Shown here: positions 24,180 to 32,610 of the stretch, piece after piece
Layout of the letters: every line of letters begins with the position of its first letter
Position numbering within the stretch: the first letter of the stretch is position 1
NCBI GenBank assembly: GCA_021163745.1
Contig: JAGGTM010000044.1
Location: 1-33,743, forward strand
Origin: a bacterium
GTDB lineage: Bacteria > Patescibacteriota > Minisyncoccia > Portnoybacterales > JAGGTM01
DNA: 33,743 bases
Direction of reading: 5' to 3'
Made by a program: the position numbers and the translations under genes
The notes under the pieces: generated by a model
Seen by the model: the letters and a program-made list of their open reading frames with translations, nothing else
The model's database searches: none
What the model was told of the DNA's origin: nothing

Positions 24180-25454
24180 TTAATTTTGTATAATTCTTAT
24201 TGCTTGACTTAGAACCTGTTCCGAAATATTTTTTTCTTTTACCAAACCTAATCCCGAATTCGCTAAACATCCTAAGATAGTATCCTCGGGATAACATAAT
24301 AATTTCTTTTCATCTAATATATTTGAAATATCATCAGCAGAAATAATTTTTACTTCTGGAATTCCCGAAAATGGGAGATTCCTACACCAATTAGAGAACT
24401 TTCCTCTTAAAGCATCTTTCACCTCCGAAAGATTAGCTCCTCCGCCACATAGGAATATTCTTTCGGGCAGCGGAGAAGAATAAGAAATTTTAGAATCAGA
24501 AGAAATCTCGCTCAGTGATAATTCTACCCCATTTAGCCAAAGCAGAGTAATCTCTTTTAAAATCTCTCTTATTTTTTTTCTTGCATTTAATCCTAACTGA
24601 TTTCTGGTATATTTTAATTTTATGTCCTCCGCTAAAAAATAATCCAAACCTAATTTTCTCGCCAATGCATTAGTAAAAGATTTACCGCCTATAGGAAAGG
24701 TCTTTGAAGAAATTATTTCCTTGTTTTTTATAAAAATAATTTCCGTGGAAATTCCGCCTATATCTATAATAATAAAAGAATTTTCAAAATTAAGAGCTCT
24801 GTTTAATGCATAAGAGTTCCCAACGATATTAGCTAATTTCAAATTTAGTAAATTTGAAATTTTTTTAAGGGCGGATAAATGAATCAACGGAGCGCAAATA
24901 TTAAAAATAGTTAAGTATATTTCTCTTCCTTTGAATCCTAACGGATTAGCAACTTTATAACCATCTATCCGCAAATCAGTAACATCCGCATTTATCAACT
25001 TAACTTCTGCGCCTTGTCTCGCCGTTTCCCATAAGAAACTTTCCCTTATATTATCCAACGCCTTCCATTGAGCTTTCTGGACTATATTTTTAAATTCAGA
25101 CAAATCAATTTCCTTTTCGGGATCATCTCTTTTATATACAAAAGAATTGCTATACCCTTTTAATAATTCTCCCCCAATTCCCATAATCAGTTTCTTTGGA
25201 CTACACTTGCCGATATTCTTTGCTTTATTTATCGCTATCTTGCATGTATCGGTCACACCCATTATGTCTGTAATCACCCCCTGAGAAATATCCGAGGACT
25301 TATGCCTGTGACGTCCTATTCCCTTTATAATTGCTCTATTACTTTTTAAGTCTATCCTAAATATCACTGCCTTGGCAAATTCTGTCCCAATATCTAAAGC
25401 CAATAAACAATCGGAAAATTTTTTAAATTTTAACAATAAGTTTTTAAAGCCCAT
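24180..25454 (-). CDS. ftsA: FtsA-like actin-family ATPase (FtsA/PilM superfamily)
   Basis: ALDIGTEFAKAVIF, IIDIGGISTEIIFI and LCGGGANLSEV phosphate and adenosine motifs. An SQGVITDI...MGIGGELLKG segment resembles FtsA. I use the ATG at 25454; the track start at 25472 is a TTG. Confidence 0.7.
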   Translation of the reverse strand: MGFKNLLLKFKKFSDCLLALDIGTEFAKAVIFRIDLKSNRAIIKGIGRHRHKSSDISQGVITDIMGVTDTCKIAINKAKNIGKCSPKKLIMGIGGELLKGYSNSFVYKRDDPEKEIDLSEFKNIVQKAQWKALDNIRESFLWETARQGAEVKLINADVTDLRIDGYKVANPLGFKGREIYLTIFNICAPLIHLSALKKISNLLNLKLANIVGNSYALNRALNFENSFIIIDIGGISTEIIFIKNKEIISSKTFPIGGKSFTNALARKLGLDYFLAEDIKLKYTRNQLGLNARKKIREILKEITLLWLNGVELSLSEISSDSKISYSSPLPERIFLCGGGANLSEVKDALRGKFSNWCRNLPFSGIPEVKIISADDISNILDEKKLLCYPEDTILGCLANSGLGLVKEKNISEQVLSQAIRIIQN

Positions 25455-25600
25455 TATATTTTTATAAATCAATTATATTATAACTTAAGTTACGCAAAAT
25501 TGGTAGTGCCTTGCGTTAAGCTATCTAAACTCACCAAAGAGCTATTATAAAATTTTCCTTATCTTCTTCTTTATGAAATAAAGACAAAGAGAGAAAATTA

Positions 25601-27460
25601 CTATACTTTTTTTAAAACTGCCTTAATTCTTCTCACTCCTGCGGAAGATGCTTCTTCTTTTATTATTTTAAATTCTCCAAGTTCTTTAGTATGAGAAACA
25701 TGAGGCCCGGCGCATATTTCTTTGGAGTAGCTTCCAATAGAATAAACTTTTACTATCTCTGGATATTTAGCCCTAAAAAAACCTAAAGCACCAGACTCTA
25801 TTGCTCTTTCCAGTTTCATCTCCTCTACTTTTACAGGTAAATTTTCTTTTATCTTCTCATTAACAATTTTTTCTACCTTCTCAATTTGCTCTGAAGTCAA
25901 TTTCTTTGGATAAGAAAAGTCAAACCTTAATCTTTCCGGAGTAATATCCGAACCCATCTGTTTTACCTGGTTTCCTAATACATCTCTTAATGCCTGATGA
26001 AGTAAATGAGTAGCGGTATGCAGTCTTTTTATTTTTTCTTCATCCTCCTTAGAAAATACCCTCGCTTCACCCAATCCATGGCCGCCGAATTTTTTCTCTC
26101 TGCCCTTCCCGCTTATCGCCTTATGTTTTTCCAATTCTTTATAAAATCCCTTTTCATCAATTCTAATTCCTCTTTCACTAGCCAACTCTTTTGTAAACTC
26201 TAAAGGAAAGCCGTAGGTAGTATACAGCTCAAACGCCTGTTTTCCGGAAATTCCTGTCTCATTCGAAGGAATTTTGGAAATTAGTTTATTAAACTGCCTC
26301 AATCCTCGTTCTAATGCCTTAGAAAACTTCTCGTATTCACTTGAGATTATAGTAAGTATGTCATTTTCTTTTTTGGAAAGCTCTGGATATGTGTCTTTAT
26401 AAACTGAAACAACTTTTTTGGCTAAATTGATTAAAGATTTCTGTCCTAAATTCAATGTATTCCCGTATCTTATTATTCTTCTTAAAAGCCGACGTAATAT
26501 ATAACCCTGTTCCACATTTGATGGTAAAACTCCATCGGAAATCAAGAAACATATCGCTCTTATATGGTCTAAAATAATACGAACCTCTTTCCTGTTGAAA
26601 AAACTATCCGACATCGTGCCTCCTACAAGATTCTCTAATTCTCTCCCAATAGGTGAAAATAAATCTGTATCATAACTTGACCGCTTATTCTGTACTACCG
26701 CAGTCAATCTCTCCAAACCAATCCCGGTATCAATATTCTTCTGCGGCAACAACTCGTAATAATATTTTCTGATTCCGGATTTCTGGTCGTCGATTTTTTT
26801 CTCATACTCCATAAACACTAAATTCCAAATTTCTATAAATCTCCCGCAAGGACAATTGGGAGCGCATTTATCTTCTCTTTTGCACGGCTTTCCGGTTAAA
26901 TCGTAGTGAATCTCTGAACAAGGACCGCACGGACCAACTTCTCCGGTCGGCCCCCAAAAGTTTTCTTTTCTTCCAAATTCAAATATTCTATCTTTCGGAA
27001 TTCCGTATTTTATCCACAATTCTTTTGCCTCTGTATCTTTTGGGATTTCCTTATCTCCTTTAAATATAGTTACATATAATCTTTTCTTATCTAAACCAAG
27101 TTCATTTAATAAAAACTCCAAAGCGAATTTTATTGCCTCTTTTTTAAAATAGCCATCTCCTATACCATCCTTTGCTTTAGGGTCTCCAAACGACCAGTTT
27201 CCGAGCATTTCAAAAAAGGTATGATGAAAATTATCCCCCACTTCTTCAATATCATCTGTCCTAAAACATTTCTGTACCGAACACGCTTTCCGATATAAAG
27301 GAGTTATTCTCCCGGTTAAAAAAGGAACAAACTGCTGCATCCCGGCGGTGGTAAATAAAACACTCGGATCATCCGGCAAAAGAGAAGAAGAAGGCACAAT
27401 CTTATGCCCTCTTTTTTTAAAAAAACTCAAAAATTTCTTTCTAAGTTGTTTGGAAGACAT
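25601..27460 (-). CDS. alaS: Alanyl-tRNA synthetase, truncated form (catalytic plus editing domains, no C-Ala domain)
   Basis: FTTAGMQQF and WNLVFMEYE catalytic motifs, and editing-site HTATHLLHQALR and CAGPHV. The protein ends right after the editing domain at about 619 aa. Start set at the ATG at 27460 (MSSKQLRKKFL). Confidence 0.9.
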   Translation of the reverse strand: MSSKQLRKKFLSFFKKRGHKIVPSSSLLPDDPSVLFTTAGMQQFVPFLTGRITPLYRKACSVQKCFRTDDIEEVGDNFHHTFFEMLGNWSFGDPKAKDGIGDGYFKKEAIKFALEFLLNELGLDKKRLYVTIFKGDKEIPKDTEAKELWIKYGIPKDRIFEFGRKENFWGPTGEVGPCGPCSEIHYDLTGKPCKREDKCAPNCPCGRFIEIWNLVFMEYEKKIDDQKSGIRKYYYELLPQKNIDTGIGLERLTAVVQNKRSSYDTDLFSPIGRELENLVGGTMSDSFFNRKEVRIILDHIRAICFLISDGVLPSNVEQGYILRRLLRRIIRYGNTLNLGQKSLINLAKKVVSVYKDTYPELSKKENDILTIISSEYEKFSKALERGLRQFNKLISKIPSNETGISGKQAFELYTTYGFPLEFTKELASERGIRIDEKGFYKELEKHKAISGKGREKKFGGHGLGEARVFSKEDEEKIKRLHTATHLLHQALRDVLGNQVKQMGSDITPERLRFDFSYPKKLTSEQIEKVEKIVNEKIKENLPVKVEEMKLERAIESGALGFFRAKYPEIVKVYSIGSYSKEICAGPHVSHTKELGEFKIIKEEASSAGVRRIKAVLKKV

Positions 27461-27498
27461 TTTGTATAATAATAACAAGAATAAAACTATTTTCCAAG

Positions 27499-28587
27499 TT
27501 ATTTCTCAATTATCCCCCCTCCCAAAAGTTCATTATTTTTATAAAACACCACAGATTGCCCTGGGGTTACTGCCCTTTGTGCTTTTTTAAAAATAACCCT
27601 ATATCTATTTTTTGATTTTACTATTTCTGCTGACTCTGCCTTATGCTGGTATCTTATTTTCGCAGAACATTTTAACGGAAATTCTAATTTCTTCTTAGAA
27701 ATCCAATTGACATTCTTAGCAATTAATTCTTTCTTATATAAATTTTTATCGTAAAAATCATCTGTAACTATTAAAGTATTATTTTTAAAATCAAATCCCA
27801 CCACATAAAAAGGACCTCCCGAAACTCCAATTTCTTTTCTTTGTCCTATGGTATATAACGGAAGTCCATTATGTCTGCCGATTATCCTTCCAGAAATATG
27901 TGTAATTACACCGGGCTTCAACTTCAGATGTCTTTTTAGGAACTCTCTATGGTCCCCCTTTAAAAAGCAAATATCTACAGACTCTTCTCCACACGGTAAA
28001 CTCCACTTTCCAGCCAATTCGTAAACCTGCTTTTTAGTGTAATTCCCTAAAGGGAATAAAACTTTTTTAAGCCGCGCCTGGGTCAATGTCCATAAAAAAT
28101 ACGACTGATCCTTCTCTTTATCTTTTGCTCTATAAAGTTTAAAAACAGAAAACCCAGAATTGGAAATTTGTAATTTTCTAACGTAGTGTCCGGTGGCTAT
28201 AAAATCTGCTCCCATCTCTAATGATTTTTTTAGAAACAAATTAAATTTTATCTTTTTATTGCACATTACACACGGATTGGGTGTTTTGCCTTCAGAAAAT
28301 TCTTCCAAAAAATAATCTATTACATTTTTCTTGAACTCTTTCTGAAAATCCATCACCAAAAATGGAATACCTAATTTTCTTGCTACTTTTTCTGCGGGTT
28401 CAAAAGAATGATTTTTAAACAACTTTAGAAAAACTCCCACCGTATAATAATTCATACTTAAAATTCCTGCTGAAACCGCAGAATCTATGCCGCCGGATAA
28501 CCCCACAAACACTATTTTATTTGAGAAATTCGAGGGTCTTACACGTTTAAGATTCCCGCCCTCGAAATTAGGCATTTTGATTACCAT
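27499..28587 (-). CDS. mnmA: tRNA-specific 2-thiouridylase MnmA
   Basis: PP-loop [10 protein letters not shown], catalytic Cys (PNPCVMCN) and DQSYFL. An alternative ATG lies at 28575. Confidence 0.9.
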   Translation of the reverse strand: MVIKMPNFEGGNLKRVRPSNFSNKIVFVGLSGGIDSAVSAGILSMNYYTVGVFLKLFKNHSFEPAEKVARKLGIPFLVMDFQKEFKKNVIDYFLEEFSEGKTPNPCVMCNKKIKFNLFLKKSLEMGADFIATGHYVRKLQISNSGFSVFKLYRAKDKEKDQSYFLWTLTQARLKKVLFPLGNYTKKQVYELAGKWSLPCGEESVDICFLKGDHREFLKRHLKLKPGVITHISGRIIGRHNGLPLYTIGQRKEIGVSGGPFYVVGFDFKNNTLIVTDDFYDKNLYKKELIAKNVNWISKKKLEFPLKCSAKIRYQHKAESAEIVKSKNRYRVIFKKAQRAVTPGQSVVFYKNNELLGGGIIEK

Positions 28588-28780
28588 CTTCTTCCTCCTC
28601 TATTGCTCCCACAGGACAAACTTCTTTGCATTTTCCGCAATTGTTGCATTTGTTTTTGTCAATTTCAGCCTTCCCATCTGCTCCGATTTTAATAGCTCCC
28701 AAAGGACAAATTGACGTACAACTACCACAACCGATGCATTTTTCCTTATTTACTTTATATTTCATATTTTTACAGGCCAA
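28568..28780 (-). CDS. 2x[4Fe-4S] ferredoxin
   Basis: 70 aa with two CxxCxxCxxxCP motifs ([24 protein letters not shown]). Confidence 0.85.
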   Translation of the reverse strand: MACKNMKYKVNKEKCIGCGSCTSICPLGAIKIGADGKAEIDKNKCNNCGKCKEVCPVGAIEEEEDGNQNA

Positions 28781-28802
28781 ATTTTATACAAAACCTCAAA
28801 AA

Positions 28803-29903
28803 TTAATAGTTGCGTTTAATAATATAATCGGCCAACTGCAAAAGAAATCTTTTTTCTTTTTTACGACCTTGTATATTAATGATATTTTCCTTTGCTAATC
28901 TAATAAATTTATGCATTTTTTTCTCGCAGTAACTTAACGCTCCGCTTTCTGCTGTTATGTTTTTCAATTCTGATATATCACTTTTTTTAAGGTTTTTCCC
29001 TAAATATCTCACAAATTTCTCCCTCCTTGATTTCTCTGATAAATTTAAAGTCTGAACTATTAAAATATTCGGTTGTAATTCTCTTATATCTGATCCTACA
29101 GGTTTCCCTATCTCTCTTTGCGCCCCGAATAAACCTAAGATATCATCTTTAATTTGAAAAGCCAAACCAAGATTTAATCCCGCTTTTTCTATATTTTCTA
29201 AAATCTTAGAATCTGCTCCTGCCAAAACCGCTCCTATTTTTAGCGGTCCTATAAATGTATAAAAAGCAGTTTTGTATTTGTAAATATTTAGAATATCTCT
29301 TTCGATGCCTTTTAATTTTTTAAAATTTCTATCTTCTGTCAAACATTCCTGCCTTAATAATCTGTGCAATTTTTCTTTTAGGAGCATTTCCATTATTTCA
29401 CCGTAACAAGTTTTCTTGATTGTATCCGCCAAAATGAAAATTGCTTCAATTTTGTATTCCGATTTAAATTTGCTCTCCAAAAGAGGGAAATAGCCAAAGG
29501 CATTTAACATATCTCCCCATATCATAGCCAATGATATTCCCAAAAAAGAACTTTCATATTTGTTTTTATAAAAATAATGCAAAGACAAATCGCCTCTTCT
29601 TAAATAATCTCTATCCACTATATCATCATGAATCAGAAAAAAATTATGAATTAACTCTACACAAACAGAGGCACCTAAAATAGCATTTTTATCTCTGCCT
29701 CCGCTTAAAAAATATCCGCAATTTATTAAAATAGGCCTTATTCTTTTACCTCCTCTTAGGGTATATTCTTTTAATATCTTCAAATCTTTCTTTATTTTTA
29801 AAGAAGATAATTCGTAATTATTTATTTCTTTATCGAAAATTTCTTTAAGTTTTTTATCTATCTTTTTTTGATAATTTGAAATTATTTCTGAAAAAGAATC
29901 CAT
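28803..29903 (-). CDS. Polyprenyl diphosphate synthase (trans-isoprenyl, FPP/GGPP synthase family)
   Basis: First Asp-rich motif LIHDDIVDRD and second Asp-rich motif FQIKDDILG. Confidence 0.85.
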   Translation of the reverse strand: MDSFSEIISNYQKKIDKKLKEIFDKEINNYELSSLKIKKDLKILKEYTLRGGKRIRPILINCGYFLSGGRDKNAILGASVCVELIHNFFLIHDDIVDRDYLRRGDLSLHYFYKNKYESSFLGISLAMIWGDMLNAFGYFPLLESKFKSEYKIEAIFILADTIKKTCYGEIMEMLLKEKLHRLLRQECLTEDRNFKKLKGIERDILNIYKYKTAFYTFIGPLKIGAVLAGADSKILENIEKAGLNLGLAFQIKDDILGLFGAQREIGKPVGSDIRELQPNILIVQTLNLSEKSRREKFVRYLGKNLKKSDISELKNITAESGALSYCEKKMHKFIRLAKENIINIQGRKKEKRFLLQLADYIIKRNY

Positions 29904-29930
29904 AAAAATAGTAACGATATTTAAGTTTTT

Positions 29931-30317
29931 TTATAATTTTATTCCTCTCTTAATTTCTACAATTTCTACCTTTTTTGGTTTAAATGTATTTTTAAAAACA
30001 TTTACAGCGGCATAAGGATCAGTTTTTTCTCCGCAAGTAAAAATATCTATTGCTATATACTTATACTCGGGCCAAGTATGAATAGAAATATGCGACTCTG
30101 ACACCAGAGCAATCGCAGAAAATCCATGTGGGCTATATTTATGCGTCTGTATACTTATTAGGGTAGATTTGGCAACAGATACTGCTTCTTTTAAAACCTG
30201 TTTAATTTTTCTCTCGTTGTTAGTAAATCTAGCTCCCCATAAATCCAAAATTATATGCCTCCCAGCATAGTTAATTTTTCCGGTATTTAAAAAACCTTTT
30301 GGTTTTGATTTGATCAT
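29931..30317 (-). CDS. speH: Pyruvoyl-dependent S-adenosylmethionine decarboxylase proenzyme (SpeH/SpeD class 1)
   Basis: Self-cleavage site context VSESHISIHTWPEY. ATG at 30317 is preceded by GGTGGAG. The track start at 30359 is a TTG. Confidence 0.85.
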   Translation of the reverse strand: MIKSKPKGFLNTGKINYAGRHIILDLWGARFTNNERKIKQVLKEAVSVAKSTLISIQTHKYSPHGFSAIALVSESHISIHTWPEYKYIAIDIFTCGEKTDPYAAVNVFKNTFKPKKVEIVEIKRGIKL

Positions 30318-30417
30318 AATAAATACTCCACCGCATTCTAAAATATACCCCGAAAACAAAAGGCAAAAACAAAGGGGTATACAAGGACCTTTTAAATTTG
30401 GAAATATGTATATTTAC

Positions 30418-30445
30418 TTTATAATTTATTTGTTTTCCTTGTCAA
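30418..30445 (-). promoter_or_regulatory. Candidate sigma70-type promoter upstream of speH
   Basis: On the minus strand: TTGACA (30445..30440), a 16-nt spacer, then TATAAA (30423..30418). It lies about 100 nt upstream of the speH ATG. Confidence 0.4.
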
Positions 30446-30454
30446 TAATATTAT

Positions 30455-30607
30455 TTATCTTCTTCTACCTCTTTTTCTGGTAGTCCTCTTCTTTGTAGTA
30501 GCCTTTCTTCTTCTGGTAGTCTTTCTTCTAGTTGTTCTTTTTGCCGCTTTTTTTCTTGTCGTTCTTTTTCTGGTGGCTCTTTTCCTGGATGTTCTCCTTT
30601 TTGCCAT
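30455..30607 (-). CDS. Candidate small Arg/Lys/Thr-rich basic protein (50 aa)
   Basis: Not in the ORF track. Manual translation gives MAKRRTSRKRATRKRTTRKKAAKRTTRRKTTRRRKATTKKRTTRKRGRRR then a stop. It has TTRK-like internal repeats, ATG start and TAA stop. It is the longest open frame in an otherwise ORF-free 950-nt region. There is no clear SD, but most genes here lack one. Confidence 0.4.
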   Translation of the reverse strand: MAKRRTSRKRATRKRTTRKKAAKRTTRRKTTRRRKATTKKRTTRKRGRRR

Positions 30608-30739
30608 ATAATTTAACGTCAATTTAACCGAAATTAATCAGTTAATTGATGCATATTTTTTAAGATACCCCCCTACGGCTATTAAGCCGTAGTATGAGAG
30701 TAAATATCGACCTTTCTTTTCTAGATTAGAAAAATATTT

Positions 30740-31306
30740 CAATTCAAAATTCAAAATCATTTTTAAGCGCAAAACTCAAAGCGCAAAGCGCCCCGAAGGA
30801 AAGCCTACGGCTTTCTACGGGGCAGGAAAACTATAGCGTAAAGCTTAAAGCTAATTTATTTAAATTACAAATTACAAATCCCAAATCCCAAACAAATTCA
30901 AAATTCAAATGTTCAAAATTCAAAATGAATACCCCTCCCCCCTCATTCTCCCCCCTCAAAGAGGGGGGAGATTAAGAGGGGGGTCTCCTCCGCCGTAATT
31001 TTGTTCCAGAAAGCTAAGGCTGTTCTAATTATTGAGAGTAAATTCTGAGTTTTCTCGCAACCCTATTTGTGTGACAAAATTACGGCGGGGGAGGATTAAA
31101 GTAAGACCACTTCAATTCCTCCCCCTCCCCTTGGGAGGGGGAGGATTAAGGAGGGGGAGGGTATTTTGAATTTTGCTTTGCCCTTGTAATTTGCGAAGCA
31201 AATTGTTTAGGGAGTTTTGACTTTTGAGATTTGAGATAAATTAGTTTTGAATTTTGGATTTTGGTCATTTGGATTTATTTGGGATTTGTGATTTGTAATT
31301 TGGAAT
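30740..31306. repeat. Mosaic intergenic element copy E6 (expanded)
   Basis: Module C at 30790-30823. CAAATYC/CAAAATT arrays at 30856-30927 are mirrored by arrays at 31243-31306 that run up to the hpf stop. The P region is expanded to 238 nt (30928-31165). It holds perfect hairpins at 30948-30970 (10 bp) and 31117-31145 (13 bp), and a 15-bp stem (30990-31004 with 31074-31088) enclosing a 69-nt loop. Confidence 0.85.
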
Positions 31307-31612
31307 TTATTTATACTTGTATCTTTCAATCTGCCTTATTAAACTTTCCTTAATTTCGTCTATGGCTAAATAAATATCCCAACTTTCTGATTCTGCACGA
31401 AGAAGTTTTCCGGGCAAAGAAATATTTGCTTCTGCATAATAAACATTCCCTTTTCTATGATGCCTGCTTGGTTTCCCCACTTCTACTTCTATCTTGACTA
31501 CTTCTTGGTCTATTCTTTTCAAAAATTTCGTTAAGCCACCAATACGCTTTTCTATGTATTCTTTAATAGACGGAGATAAATCTATATTAGTTGTTTTGAT
31601 AATAATCTGCAT
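31307..31612 (-). CDS. hpf: Ribosome hibernation promoting factor (short HPF/RaiA, S30AE family)
   Basis: 101 aa with the beta-alpha-beta-beta-beta-alpha pattern. The N-terminus MQIIIKTTNIDLSPSIKEYIEKR is typical of HPF. Confidence 0.85.
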   Translation of the reverse strand: MQIIIKTTNIDLSPSIKEYIEKRIGGLTKFLKRIDQEVVKIEVEVGKPSRHHRKGNVYYAEANISLPGKLLRAESESWDIYLAIDEIKESLIRQIERYKYK

Positions 31613-31622
31613 AATTTATTGT

Positions 31623-31631
31623 ATTATATCA
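31623..31631 (-). promoter_or_regulatory. Candidate extended -10 element (TGATATAAT) 10 nt upstream of the hpf ATG
   Basis: The minus strand reads tgtatgTGATATAATacaataaattATG. This implies a leaderless or near-leaderless transcript. Confidence 0.4.
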
Positions 31632-31671
31632 CATACATAATGATAGAAAAATGTGAATAACTTTGACAAAA

Positions 31672-32610
31672 TTAAAATCCCAAATATTCGATTTCCTCTT
31701 CCAATTTAATGTTGAATTTTTTCATTATTTCCTTTTTAATTAAATTTATCAAAGCAATTACGTCTTTTGCTTTAGCATTTCCCAAATTAATAATAAAGTT
31801 GCTGTGTTTTTTTGAAATCATCGCTCCACCTACTTTTGCTCCCTTCAATCCGCATTTTTCTATTAAATATGCAGAAGGTATAGATCCGCATTTTTTAAAT
31901 CTCTCAACCTCCTTTATTCCTTTAACTTTCTTAAAATCATTATCTATAAAAAAATTTTTAAAAATACATCCTGCCGAATAAAATTCCAATGGCTGATTTT
32001 TTCTTTTTTGGCTTAAGTATTTTTGCATTAACCTTTTTACATAATCTTTTTTTGCTTTTTTAAATTTCAAATTAGCGGAAATAATTATCAAATTTCTATC
32101 CTTTTTAAATATACTTCCCCTGTAAATAAATCGGCAATCTCTGTTTTTATATATCAATTCTCTTCGGCTGCCCAAATCTATAACCTTTACATCTTTTACT
32201 AACTCTGAAATGGAATGAGAAAAAGCACCTACATTTCCGTATATTGCTCCCCCTATCGTTCCGGGAATCCCTACTGCCCATTCTAAGCCACTCAAATTAT
32301 TTTTTGCTAAGTAATTTATTACATTACTCAACTTTTCACCTGAAAAGACCTGCACAATTCTATTTTTAAATATAATCCCGGAAATTTCTATTTTTATCAC
32401 CAATCCATCAAAACCTTTATCGCTTACCAATAAATTACTTCCTCCGCCTAAAATAAAAAATTTTAAATTATTTTTATGCGCAAACTCTATTGCTTTTCTT
32501 AACTGCGAACTGCTTTCTGCCACAAAAAAATATTTAGCAGGTCCACCAATTCTAAAACTGGTATAACGAGAAAGCAAAACATTTCTTTGAAAATTTAATT
32601 TATTTATCAT
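31672..32610 (-). CDS. murB: UDP-N-acetylenolpyruvoylglucosamine reductase
   Basis: 312 aa with an FAD-binding N-terminus (YTSFRIGGPAKYF, ILGGGSNLL) and a C-terminal MurB domain (GGAMISKKHSNFIIN). Confidence 0.9.
   Translation of the reverse strand: MINKLNFQRNVLLSRYTSFRIGGPAKYFFVAESSSQLRKAIEFAHKNNLKFFILGGGSNLLVSDKGFDGLVIKIEISGIIFKNRIVQVFSGEKLSNVINYLAKNNLSGLEWAVGIPGTIGGAIYGNVGAFSHSISELVKDVKVIDLGSRRELIYKNRDCRFIYRGSIFKKDRNLIIISANLKFKKAKKDYVKRLMQKYLSQKRKNQPLEFYSAGCIFKNFFIDNDFKKVKGIKEVERFKKCGSIPSAYLIEKCGLKGAKVGGAMISKKHSNFIINLGNAKAKDVIALINLIKKEIMKKFNIKLEEEIEYLGF

Noticed and set aside
22638-24212. Plus-strand ORFs antisense to long minus-strand genes: 1450-1929, 17282-17560, 22638-23033, 23040-23504, 23760-24212, 28626-28898 and others.
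   Set aside because: They are Ser/Phe/Leu/Ile-rich mirror-frame artefacts of AT-rich coding sequence on the opposite strand. They have no motifs and lie fully inside well-supported genes.
31005-31073. The 69-nt loop inside the E6 central hairpin as a tRNA, SRP, tmRNA or 6S-type RNA gene.
   Set aside because: There is no cloverleaf, no SRP domain IV motif (GGAA/AGCA loops) and no tmRNA ends. It is kept only as an unexplained insert in the findings.
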